Assembly: GCA_021613535.1 (NCBI GenBank)
Contig: CP075497.1
Span: 8,184,001-8,248,000, forward strand
DNA length: 64,000 nt
Source of the DNA: Adineta vaga
Lineage: Eukaryota; Animalia; Rotifera
Direction of reading: 5' to 3'
Part shown: in pieces, positions 41,460 to 53,791 of the stretch
Layout: every line of letters starts with the position of its first letter
Position numbering within the stretch: position 1 is the first letter of the stretch
The notes under the pieces: model-generated
Told to the model about the DNA's origin: nothing
Seen by the model: only the letters and a program-made list of their open reading frames with translations
The model's database searches: none
Translations under genes and position numbers: made by a program

Positions 41460-44383
41460 ATGGCGCTTATTTTTTATCATTACTATTTGTCATTTAATTT
41501 GTTTTTACCTTCGACTATGTTTTTGTGCTATGTAATTTTCTTCATTTTTCTGAAACATTCCGAAACGATAAATATTACTAATCATAATATACGAAAAATC
41601 GAACAAATGTTTCCATTACCAACCAATGACCAAATGGAAATGCTTGCTGCTCAATTCAATCAAAATCCTAATTGGGAACATGGAAATATGCCTTTGACAT
41701 TATCAGATATAGAGGAAACGACTCCAAATGATATTACAATCAGTTCACCTAAAAAAATTGGACCTGGCATTATTAAAGAAGGTCATCGTTTTCTTCCTGA
41801 ACGACATCATGGATATCCAATTGATGGCAGGGGAGTTCATCCTGATTCGGAACATCATATATTTCTTGTTCGACATGGTAAACGAAAGAAAAAAGTGAAC
41901 AAGATATGTATCAGTCGATTGTTTAGGTTTATATTTAAATACAGAAGATGATGCATCTTCACATCTACTTCGATACGGAAAATATCAAGCTCGAATGGCA
42001 GGCGATAAACTCAATTATATCATTCGAGATATAATTGAAAAGATAGGTCCTCTAACACGACCCATTAAATTAGTATCGAGTACACAAACACGTGCATTTG
42101 AAACTCTTTATAATATTCGTTTACAACTTAGTAATGATTTTCCATATGAAACAGAATTTATTCAAGATACTGGTCTTACTGAATGCGTGTATGATTTTGT
42201 TTTCATTATTTTTCATCATTCTGAAACTGAAAAAGAAATAGACGAACGACTTAAACTTATAGACAACGATTAGTTTTCGAATATTAATAATTTTCTTCTA
42301 TTATTAGTGATATCAATAAAATACGTCTTCGTTGGATGTATTTTGTTCGTGAATATTTACAACCAATAAAATCAGATGAACGTGAACATACCATAACAAT
42401 TATTGCTAGTCATGGAAATCTTTTAACAAGTTTTTCTTATATTATTAATAATTTCATTCACGAAAATCAACCTTATAATACATTTCATCATTTCAATTTC
42501 CCTATTTCAACAGGAGTAACACATGCAGGAATATTATATTACAAGACGTATGGAAGTGAGCCAATTACTCAGCGAAGTTATATGCGTCAAGATGAAATTC
42601 CTATAACAGTTAATCATGCTCAATTAGGACGAGATTGGTTATATGAATGGGCTGCTCAACATCAATGTAGAGTAAGTAAAAACAAGAGCAACATTTCTTT
42701 TGTTCTATTGACAAAAAACTTATCGAATTCTATCCTTTTTCTTTCCTAATTCAAGTCAAATTATGGTCTCGACAATATGGAAAGATACATCGCAGCTGCA
42801 ATTACGCGTCTTGTTTTCAGTGTTGATAATTTTAGAAATTCATTACCTAACTATGTGGATATTCTTCACATGGAAATGGTAGAAGAATATGAAACACATA
42901 TTTTACCGATGTTAATGCATACTTGTCGTACATATCTCTATCATCTATCTTTAATGCGAACTAATACAGAGTTTCAATCATTTCATCGTTTAATGTCACC
43001 AGTACCGATTCCTGAAAGTGAAGCTGAACAAGGTACACCAGTATCACCACCAACCGATCGATTCAGTGCATATGCTTTGCCATATCCAGTTGATAATAGT
43101 ATTCTCGGATTTGCTGGAAATGGTGATTTTCATCTAGCTTGGCTTTCACCTGATATAGTCAATCCAGAATCACGAAAACTTATCTTTTTACTACGACACG
43201 ATAAGTAGCATATCAACATAATACACTCATAAACTATTTCCATTTTTACTTTTCTATCTTCTACGACTTAATGTTGATACTGGCGATGAAAAAACATCAT
43301 ACCTTACTCGTCTTGGTATTAATCATGTACGTGCTGTAGTACAACAAATACATTATACTATTCATCGATATATGGAAGACTTGCCTAAGAATGCTCGCGT
43401 CTTACCAATTAGTGTAGTCAATGATCCAATACTCGCATCAGCTGAAACATGTTCTCATGTTCGAAGTCTTCTATTAACTGGAGAGTATAATTTATCTGAA
43501 CAAATGACAGATATTGGTCTAGAATTCAATTATTTTCAAAGAAGTATACATATGTTGAATTCATAGAAAGTAATTCCTTTCTTTTGTGAATATTAAAGAA
43601 TCGAGAGATTTCAACATCTACCAACGTATGCAAGAGCATTATGCGTTCGAACGATATTTTCGTGCTGATCAAATGGAGCCCAAACGGCCTTCATTTCAGG
43701 TTCATGTTTTATGTGGAGAAGGACGATTCTTTTCAGGGCTTCGTCAAAGTTTCATTGAACTTAATCTACTTAGTAGACCATTACCAGAGGGAATACCACT
43801 AACTGGACGACTTGGTAATGGATTAAGTCATGCTGAAGCATTATTTTTCGAAGCAATTGGTTCTGATACTTTAAAATTACATAAATCATTGGTTATAGAT
43901 AGAGCAAGAGATCTTCCCGATAAACAATCAGTATCGACACGTTCTTCACTAATAATACCAATACCTGAAGTTCTAGCTTGGATACGTGATCGAAATGGAC
44001 CTTGTACATTAAAACATTTTCTTAAAAATAAAAATCATTTATCTCAACAAATCAGTATTGGAAGTACTTATTATCATCATAAGCTCGTTAATGTACTAAA
44101 AGAAGAATGGAATCCATATCTTGCTGGTATTGAGATATCTTCATTTATATAGGAAATTGATTCATCACGAAGCTTATCTATTCTTTCAGGAATGTTTATC
44201 TATGCTTGTCGTCTTCAACTTACTTCATCTGATGCACGTGGATCTCAACGAGCACGAACTGCAAGCAAACAAACTGGAACTTCAAATCAATGTCGAAGAG
44301 GAGATGGTGAGGATGGTGACGGTGCTACTGATTCAGCAACAGCAGCAGCAGCGGCGGCAGATCCTTCAGGTGATTGTACTTAA
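41460..44383 (+). CDS. Protein with two tandem histidine-phosphatase (PGAM5-like) domains; start uncertain
   Basis: Domain 1: HIFLVRHE..LLRYGKYQARMAG, SSTQTRAFET, GLTEC, IIASHGN; domain 2: LIFLLRHG..LTRLGINHV, ASAET; exon chain closes in frame with four GT-AG introns, one AT-AC intron and a final GT-AG intron. Confidence 0.7.
43201..43264 (+). other. Predicted non-canonical AT-AC intron (U2-type donor ATAAGT)
   Basis: ATAAGT...polypyrimidine...CTAC; removal gives CGA CAC G|GA CTT = RHGL in frame with downstream ORF; no AG between 43209 and 43337. Confidence 0.75.
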
Positions 44384-45469
44384 ATGATAATCGATTTATC
44401 GATATATATATATATATGTATCTAATTTCCCTTTTTTATATTATGTTTAATAATATTTATTGAAAATAAATTCTTAAAAAAGAACTTTTGACATCTTTAT
44501 CATGATGGCTTTTGCTTTCTGTAATATCGAATTTGCATGTCATTATTGTTCATACTTCATTATATTGCTAAGGCCGGATGCGTTGCTTTTCTCACGACAT
44601 AAATGTCCTTCGACTCTAACGACAAAAAAGCGTCTTGTTGTTGTTGTCATTGTCAGATCCAATGATCAAAAAGGCGGTACGAAGTTTGCCGTTTTTCTTC
44701 CCACCCTCAAAAAAAACACAACTCCATGCATGCAAACAATACTATCCTATTTCAACTCTGTCAGTGTCTTGTTCATCATTAGTTTCTTTTTTCTCGACCT
44801 CATCTGTCCGTCTGATAATATAAGAAATAAAGACATGTTCAAGTATCTACAGTCATCGTCCATGCAATTATTATCTAGTTAACATACATACACGCATCTT
44901 CTTTCATTCACTTGTTCATTGCACGCGCAATCGACAATAGAAACATAAAAAGAAATGCAAATTTTGCTCATTGCAGATTAAAATGAGGTCATCAAATGAC
45001 GTAAAGAAAAAGGACCTTTACTTGATTATTCTCATCAACATCATTCAATGAACAACGTACAGTAGTTTTCAAGTGACCTTTTTTCTTTTATTCTACTTCT
45101 AATCTACGCTTTCATATAATCAAGAGCAATCTGTCTGTATATAAAGTAAGATTGAAACTAAATGAATTTCATATGATTTTAATTATTCTTTCTTTGTCAA
45201 TGAGTTTTGACTAGACGACAAACATGCTTTTTTCTTCTTCTTCTTCTATGAATAAAAGAGATTTAGATATCTGATAATGAACATCGAATCATTCAAGTTG
45301 TTCACGTGGGTGATTTTTTCTAATTAATGTTTTCGACAGTTATCTATTCATGCTTGATCGATTGATTAAGGAGTAGCTTAATGATCTACTTGAAAATAAC
45401 ATTCGAATTGATCTAACAATTTATTAAAATTTCTAGATGTATATACTGTTCAATGAATATTGTCTTTGT

Positions 45470-46383
45470 TTAATGTTGCAAAGTAACGAAAAGAAATAAA
45501 ACAAAAAAAAGCAAAAAATTATTCAAAGTTAGTTGTCGACGAGAACAATTGGCTAATAAAGCACTAATACGTTGATGTTTCAAAATATCTAAATAAAGAA
45601 AAATAAAATTAATCAAAATACTATACATACACACACACGTCAAATTGTCTACCTTTTTCAACAACTACTTTCGCACTTAGCCGTTGACGTCTATAGGCAC
45701 ATGTCCAAATGCCTGTATGAAATATATGAGCAGTATTGATAATTAAAAATGAAGAGAAAGTATTATTCATTGATTTTCTTCGAATATATACATCATGTGG
45801 TTTAGTTTTATTCATTTGATTGGATAAGAAATGCCAAGTAATTGGCGATTGCTTGCTATTTGTATTGTTATGTTCAGTGATTAGAAGACTGCAGTTTAAG
45901 AGAATGTTTGCACCTGGTTCGACATATACAGTCGTTGGATAAAGTATCATCGGCATTTGTATATGTAAATGAATATAAACACTCACACTTGCTTTTCGAT
46001 TCGCTATTTTACACATATGTTCCTTCATCCAATTGTCGTAATTGATAAATTTCCAATGACCATAAGGAATCTCTTGGTGATATTGAATAAAATGAGATTG
46101 AATAACGTGTATCAGTTGTAAATAGTTGTTTTCCAACAGCTAATGGTGATAATAAAGATGAAGATGAATCAAGTTTAAACCATGTCACATGATGTTCACC
46201 TAAATCACGTACATGACATGTTAAAATAGCTGTTGATGAAATATTTAATGTTTGATTATATGTTTCAGTAAGAATTTGTGGAAACGTGTTAACAGCTGTA
46301 GTTATTTGTATCATTAAGAAAACTAAAGGAAAACGTATAAACAATCCGAATATAAAAATGAGTATTTAATCAGTAACAATCAT
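45470..46383 (-). pseudogene. Dpr/IgLON-like two-Ig-domain surface protein, disrupted as assembled
   Basis: TAILTCHVRDLGEHHVTW..LAVG..TTDTRYS..WSLEI..DEGTYxC, second Ig domain GIWTC, hydrophobic GPI-type tail; frameshift at ~46014 and TAA at 46366-46368. Confidence 0.65.
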
Positions 46384-46698
46384 GTATGATTGTTAATGGA
46401 ATGTTAATGACTTACTGAAACTATAGAATAAGAAGGCGTCTTTAGTTGAAAGAAAAATCTTGTTCATTTTTAGAAATTTCAATATTCAACATGATTGAAA
46501 TATCTGAGTCATTGGTTGAAAATCATTGTTATAAAAATTAAACGTAACGATTGATTTTCTTTTTTTGTATAATTACTAGTACATGTTGATACTCTGTAGT
46601 AGAGAGATGAATGAAACAACGTATACAAGAGAAGATGAATAGAGATTATGCTTATATATTCTCTCTTGTGACGATAAGGGAAAGGCAAAAAGGAAAGC

Positions 46699-46759
46699 GA
46701 TGAAGAAGAAGAAAAAGAAGAAGAAGACGATGATGATGATGATGATGATGATGACGACG
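46699..46759. repeat. Compound (GAA)n/(GAT)n microsatellite
   Basis: gatgaagaagaagaaaaagaagaagaagacgatgatgatgat...gacgac. Confidence 0.8.
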
Positions 46760-48419
46760 AGAAGGGGAGAGAAAAGAAAAATAAACTTAGACTAATGGAA
46801 TTAGGACTAGAGAAAAAAGATATCTAACTTAGCCATGTTGATTAAAGCTGGCGAGAAAAAAGCGTATACATACAAAAACAAGAGACATAGAATATTCATT
46901 AATTTTGTGTTCAAAAGAAGCTTTTTTTTATGTAATCAAAATAGCTTTCATATACCAATAGAAGAAATACATATTCTCATTTCTTAGCTTTCTTTTTCCA
47001 ACACTATCGATCTCTTTCTTATCCGGTGACATTGTCATTGACTAGATCACACATTGGATATTTTATCCTTCAACCTTATGGCAATTAGTTTTCCTACTGT
47101 GCATGATAAAAGTGACAAATACACTTACTGTTTCTAATTCGTTGTCGAAGAAAAAAGAGAAAGAAAGGAAGAAAGGAACGAACTGAAGACATATCTAGCC
47201 GAATCAATTCAATTTTGATGCTTTTCCACTAGCTCGTTTACTCATACAATACACATAAGTACTATTACATGCTGTCACTAAGTTATTGAGAGTCATTAAA
47301 TGACAACAGCAAATTGCTTTTTCTCTTATGAATGATTTTTTTTTCAAAAAACAAATATGTTCATATCGTTTTTGCTATTCAAAAATTGATCATCAAAGAA
47401 ATGCGAAATGATGAATAGAAAAATCAAGGTTCTTTTTTTCAATTCCTTTTGATTGACTTAAGAGTCATTGTTAATCAAACATCAATTTCTCAAAAGATTA
47501 TTCGAAAAACAAAAAAAAAGAAAATAATTACAGAGCTTGTATTGATTAGTCTGCATTTGTTTTCGATCGGAATGCGATCTAAATCAGTCGATAATAATAA
47601 CAAAACAGAAAAGATTGAACATATATCCTAGGATGCATGTGCAAGACATTTGTGATGGTGATTAAACGTTAGAGAAATTAATGTGAACAACATGACCACA
47701 AATACATCATTGTTCAGAGAAGATAGTTTTAGATCATGGTCAAGCATTATTCTTATCTAGATTGATAAGTGACATCGCATATTGTACTGTATAGTCTCTA
47801 GAGAAGTTCGATGGCCTTGTTTTTATAAGAAGAATATAAACAACAAGTTGAGTTTAATTAGATTGAGCGACATTTTCATTGATATACAGAACATGTCTCA
47901 TTAGAAAAGGGATGATTAATGCTTTTTTCGAATATGTAAAACTCTAATTATTCATTATTGAAATAAATAAAATAGTAGAGAGAAGATGCGGATTGTTTTT
48001 GATTATCGAATAATGTATGCAATCATTACTATCCTATTTATATTGACCTTTTTCAATCATTTAGATGAGTCTTCTGTTCTTCGTAATTCAAGATATATTG
48101 AAAGTTGTCTAGTGACATTTAACCGAACAGATATTTTGTAGAAAGAAATTATAATTCGTTTTTTTTAGAAAAGCTGATTTCATTTGTTATTGTTTTTTTT
48201 TGTGATAAGATTATTCGATAATTATCAAAACATAAATTTACATAATAAATCAAGCAATATTCTCATTCAAATCAAATAAGTATTATACAAATTCTTTGAA
48301 GAAAGTTTTATTTCATAGATAAATATAAGACAATAGTTTGTGCATAAATAGACGCATAATACTACGATAAACAACATTAATATATAATTTTTTGCTTTCT
48401 TTGGTTCAGTATGATTTAT

Positions 48420-49727
48420 TTATGAATTTCTTCTCTGTGGGTGTTGAGTTCGAACAGTTATTGTTGCCGTAAGTTCCATAGCACTTGCTCGTGCTCGTCT
48501 ATCACCTAATAAATATTTGATTTGTAATCGAAATTCTTTACGAAATAATGTCGATGTAAGACAATGACTGTAGAAATTCACCTATAGATCAAATGAAGAC
48601 ATACAAATGATATTTTAAGCGAGAAAAAAATATTTACGGCATAATTAAGAGTCTGAAACCATCCTAAACCGACCCAAATACTTGCAATAGAAAGAATTTC
48701 AGTTGATATACTTTTTTGTCTTGGTGATGCTATTTTGTAAATAGCCACAGGAGTTGTAGTAATAAAAAAAATAGCAATACTTGAAAGCATAAGAACAAGC
48801 AATTGGTTTTGAAGAGTTCTTTGATGTTTACTCTTATTTGTTTCGTGTATAGTATTGCCTGGTTGAACGACAGCTCGTTTACGTGACCGAATATTGATAT
48901 AGATATCAATAAGAAACAATAGCATTAGAATAACTGGAATGATAGATACCACAAAAATCTAAATAATAATATACATTAGATTCTTCTTCAGGGATAAAAC
49001 AAATGTTGTCATTCTTTTTACATACCTGCACTATACTCCAATACAAAAAGTAAAATAAGAAGTAGTTTATATCGAATATGGAGGGTCCACATGCGGCAAT
49101 TGAAAATCCTGGTATAAGTATTCCATAGAACGGTGCTAATGTTTGAGCATAAAGTCCAATAGCTACTGTAATTAGAACAGCCACGACTAACAGAGCCTTT
49201 TTTGGTGTACATAAAGAACCAGATTTGTATGGAAATCGCGTACGAATCCATCGATCCAATGATATTGTCACTAATGTCCACGAAGATACGACTTGTGATA
49301 CATTTGTTATAAATGATCGAAATTTACAAAGCTCATTATATGAAATACGACGATAGAAAGGAATCTATAATTGAAAAAAAGACATTCAAATGAAAGAGAT
49401 CCATTCGAAAAAGACTTTTACCTGTAAACCAAACTCAACAAAATCAATAACACATATTGTTAGAAATAATGTGTCAGAAATAGCTAAGACAATAAATAAA
49501 CAACCAGTTGAAACTTTTCGTAATGTTAAACGTGAGAAAGTAATTAAACTTGCTATATTACCAATGAAACCAAGTAGGAATGTAATGGGATAACCAATCT
49601 GATAGAATCGAACCACAACGAGAGGATTAACAAAAAGTGCATAGAAATATTCGATAGGATATGTGATAGTTGTGTTTGATCTTATTGTTGTTGTTGTTGT
49701 TGTTTGTGCTAGTGTTGTATTTGCCAT
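48420..49727 (-). CDS. Class A GPCR, peptide-receptor-like, 4 exons
   Basis: GFIGNIASLITFSR, LAISD, SSWTLVTISLDRW, FFITTTP, LNYAVNFYSHCLTSTLFRKEF. Confidence 0.88.
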
Positions 49728-51670
49728 TATGTAATAGTGTAGATAAATTACAGCAAATTCACTGTGTAAAATAAAAAGTTTACCAAAATATCCCTTTTCC
49801 AATTATGCTCTTTTATAGATTGATACTAAATTGAAAAGCAACTCGTAATTTATATTAGGTTATAATTTTCAAGATTATACACTAATTTTAGAATAAATAG
49901 TCAAATTTCATGAGCTCTAGAAGTGGTGTGACCCAGGTGACTAAGCGGGATAATCTATAAATACTTACGGAAAGCTTCTTCTGATCAGTAGATTGTGTCA
50001 GGAGAAATGAGTAAATAAGATGAATTGTCGAACTGAAGACTATTTAGTTTTTAACAAAGAAGAAATGACATGTATTTAATGTCTCGCTTTAAAATTTTCA
50101 CATTACCTAATGCTTTTCATGCTCGTCAGACAAAAATAAAGGAAAGAAGGATTCAAGAAAAAGCGAAGGCATATGTCTGTTCATTTCCTGAATTCTAATG
50201 ATTTTTATCGGATTCATAAAAACCCATTAACTCTCAAATGATAAAAATATCTTATTATGTTTTTTTTTTCGAATTACTTTGTTGAATGTTATATGAACTT
50301 TATACCATGGAATAGATATCAACCTACTTATTTATATATTAAATTCTGACGGAAATTGATGTGTAGTTTAAAGCAAAACCTGGATTTCGTTTCACTTACT
50401 TGATCGAAGATATTGTTAAAGTAATTTAAATCTTGAATGTAACCATTAAGAATTGTAAGTAGATTTGAAATGTTAATTGTTTAAAAATAAGTTTTGTTTT
50501 CTAACTGATGCATTTGTACGAATTATCAATGTGTGAGTTCAACATTGATATACAATTAAAAAGTATCACGCGATTGTACTTTTCTTCGCTATTCGTTTTA
50601 CATTTGTTCACATTTGAGTAGACTTTCAATTTATTGATATTCTGTAGAAATTCCGATTACTTTAGTTATTTACTCAGTTATTTAAGTAGAGTTGACCGAG
50701 TAATTTTATATATAAGCTTTTCAGAAATCAAGAAGAATCGTGATCTTTCAAAAAGCACGTGCAACGCAAGGATTGATAAAATTGAGCTACTATGCATCTT
50801 CAATTATATGACACACCCTCGATATAATCCTGCAGATAACACAGTTTTCTTGAGTTTATCGGGAAGAGTTTATACTTTAGAATTCAAGAAGAATTGAACG
50901 ATTGTGTATGCCTGTAAAATATTTCCGCAATTTCAGTTGCATTATTTCTACTATTGTTTATCATAGAAAAAACTTCAGTTCCGTAAACACAGCGAACAAT
51001 ACGTGACTTCCTATTTTTGGTATCGGATGCTGTGAGAAATAGAAAAAGAGAATGTTCTTGTATGGCGGAGGTTAATATATAATTATATAAGTTCATTACA
51101 TAAAAACAATTAGATCACGTGTAAGAGTTTTATCAAACAAAAATTTTATTTCATCAGAGTATTTCTTCATTGTAACAAGTGAGAATATAATAGAATATAG
51201 AAGTTATTTAATTTTGCGTATCAAGTGGTTTATCAATTAAAATAATTCGATAGTTATTTTTGAATTAAAATATAATGATAAAAAGACTTTAGAAGATGAG
51301 ATCTTGTTTTACTATAAGGTAATGAGTATAAGCCCTATTTAGCTTAGTTTTTATATATTATATGATTATCTTATTATAGAATTTGTTTTCCTACTAGTAG
51401 ACCTCTCATCTGTACAATACAACATCGTCAATGAACAGAACTATCTTGAAAATATTTATAGTAGGGGAATATAAATGATATATGTTGATAGATCAAGTGG
51501 TGAAAATAGTCTAGAAAATTGATAAGTTTTCGATTGAGATTTTTGAAAACCTAAGAGTTGATCTGTATAACAATCAACGGAATTAATAACGATGCTCAAA
51601 CGCAACAGAAGTAATCGTATATCAAGTTTATGAAAAGTTCAATTATCTATCAATAGATTTTAATTAACAT

Positions 51671-51742
51671 GGCCTGATGGTCTAGTGGTATGATTCTCGC
51701 TTTGGGTGCGAGAGGTTCCGGTTTCGATCACCGGTCAGGCCC
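51671..51742 (+). tRNA. tRNA-Pro (anticodon UGG), copy 1
   Basis: GGCCTGA/TCAGGCC acceptor stem, CTCGC-TTTGGGT-GCGAG anticodon arm, CCGGT-TTCGATC-ACCGG T arm, followed by a T-run terminator. Confidence 0.95.
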
Positions 51743-51816
51743 TTTTTGTTGTTCTTTTGAAAACTCCATTATCTATGTTTCAACTCCATTTTTCTTTCCC
51801 CATGAACAAGAGGCAT

Positions 51817-51888
51817 GGCCTGATGGTCTAGTGGTATGATTCTCGCTTTGGGTGCGAGAGGTTCCGGTTTCGATCACCGGTCAGGCCC
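51817..51888 (+). tRNA. tRNA-Pro (UGG), copy 2
   Basis: Identical 72-nt sequence to copy 1. Confidence 0.95.
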
Positions 51889-51988
51889 TTTTTGTTGTTC
51901 TCTCATGTCTTTAAACTGTTTCATCCTTTTTAAAACTCCACTAGCTATGATCCAAGTCCGCTTTTCGTTCCCCATGAACAAGAGGCAT

Positions 51989-52060
51989 GGCCTGATGGTC
52001 TAGTGGTATGATTCTCGCTTTGGGTGCGAGAGGTTCCGGTTTCGATCACCGGTCAGGCCC
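51989..52060 (+). tRNA. tRNA-Pro (UGG), copy 3
   Basis: Identical 72-nt sequence to copy 1. Confidence 0.95.
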
Positions 52061-52134
52061 TTTTTGTTGTTCTTTTGAAAACTCCATTAGCTATGATCCA
52101 AGTCCGCTTTTCTTTGTCCATGAACAAGAGACAT

Positions 52135-52206
52135 GGCCTGATGGTCTAGTGGTATGATTCTCGCTTTGGGTGCGAGAGGTTCCGGTTTCGATCACCGGTC
52201 AGGCCC
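52135..52206 (+). tRNA. tRNA-Pro (UGG), copy 4
   Basis: Identical 72-nt sequence to copy 1. Confidence 0.95.
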
Positions 52207-52306
52207 TTTTTATTGTTCTCTCATGTCTTTAAACTGTTTCATCCTTTTTAAAACTCCACTAGCTATGATCCAAGTCCGCTTTTCGTTCCCCATGAACAAG
52301 AGGCAT

Positions 52307-52378
52307 GGCCTGATGGTCTAGTGGTATGATTCTCGCTTTGGGTGCGAGAGGTTCCGGTTTCGATCACCGGTCAGGCCC
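52307..52378 (+). tRNA. tRNA-Pro (UGG), copy 5
   Basis: Identical 72-nt sequence to copy 1. Confidence 0.95.
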
Positions 52379-52452
52379 TTTTTATTGTTCTTTTGAAAAC
52401 TTCATTATCTATCGTCCAAGTCCGCCTTTCTTTATCTATGAACAATAGTCAC

Positions 52453-52524
52453 GGCCTGATGGTCTAGTGGTATGATTCTCGCTTTGGGTGCGAGAGGTTC
52501 CGGTTTCGATCACCGGTCAGGCCC
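52453..52524 (+). tRNA. tRNA-Pro (UGG), copy 6
   Basis: Identical 72-nt sequence to copy 1; T-run a few nt downstream. Confidence 0.95.
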
Positions 52525-52789
52525 AATCTTTTTTCCTAAGTTTTATTCCTTTCTGTTCAATTAAATGAACTCTACAATGATTGTGTTATGCGTACAAACA
52601 TTCTTATTATATCTTATTTTTTGTAAATTCAACTTAAGAAATCCAAATCATGATATTATGAGACTATATTTATAAATTATTTGTTTTTTTATTTAACTTG
52701 ATGTTATGAAATGATGACAGGAATCATCCAAACAATTTTCTTTTTTTTCTTTCACAAAACAAGATAGTCTGTTTCGTTTCACTTAATAT

Positions 52790-53225
52790 TTAAGCTTTAA
52801 CAGCATAGATACGTTGAGGAAAAGCACTTTGTCGTCGTTGAACTTTCTTCAATCGAATCGATTTTTCTTTTGGTGATAATAAACGTCGAATGGCTCGTGT
52901 TTTACGTTGACGTAAATCTTTGGGTTTGTATTTTTTACCATGATACAATGCACGTAAATTATCTTTTGTTGTTTGATGTGTAACAATTAATACACGTGCA
53001 ATAGATTTTCGTACATCACGAATTTTGCCCAATTTTTGTGCGCCACCACTGCCGGTTACTTTGCCTACACGAAGTGTATTTAATTCTTGACGCAATTCGA
53101 CGAGCTGTTTTTGAAGTTCGTCTAGGAAAAGATTTTAGTAAATAAATAAATAAATAAATAAATTTCATTTCAAATGACAAACCGGGTTTCTTTCCGCGCA
53201 GTTTTGAGCACTTGACACGAGTCAT
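52790..53225 (-). CDS. RPL35: 60S ribosomal protein L35 (uL29), 2 exons
   Basis: [74 protein letters not shown]. Confidence 0.96.
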
Positions 53226-53791
53226 TATTTGATTAATTTATCTAAAATAGATGAAAATCGTTTCTGATCGATCATTACAATATTCAATGAGATACATAAA
53301 AGACTTTAGAAAAAGAATAGAATAGAATAGAATATGAAAATAACTCAAAATTATTTCTTCATGCAACATGCAATGTGAATGGTTAATATTGATTCCAATT
53401 CGATTAAAAAGTCTTCTATAACTCGTCATTACAATAGATGATTGTTTCGAATAATAGAAATTTTTTAAATATTTTAATTTCATTTTAACTACTACAAAGC
53501 TAGTTAATATTAAGATCGAACCATTACTTTTCATAATGGCATTAATTAATAGATGTCGCACTTCTCTGATCGTGATATAAAGATCTCCGAATTGAACCAA
53601 AATTCGTTTCGGAACTTAAACAACTTTCGATAATAATATATTGAAAATAAGATGATTCATATGACTCTATATTATTAGCTTGTTTTATTCAGTAGGCAAT
53701 CAAGAGTGCGGAAATAAAATACACAATAAACGTCGATACGAGAAAATTTCAAAATAAAAAGTATCACACATGAGTATAATATTAGATTGTT

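Noticed and set aside
44121-44387. Alternative-frame poly-Q ORF at the end of the phosphatase gene
   Set aside because: Splice phase (G|GA ATG) selects the 44192-44383 frame; poly-Q derives from a GCA repeat read in another frame
46500-48300. Possible coding exon in the GAA/GAT microsatellite region
   Set aside because: No supporting ORF or splice context; treated as non-coding upstream sequence of the Ig gene
51671-52524. CRISPR-like repeat-spacer array
   Set aside because: Repeats are 72-nt tRNA cloverleafs, spacers are homologous to each other, no cas genes, eukaryotic context
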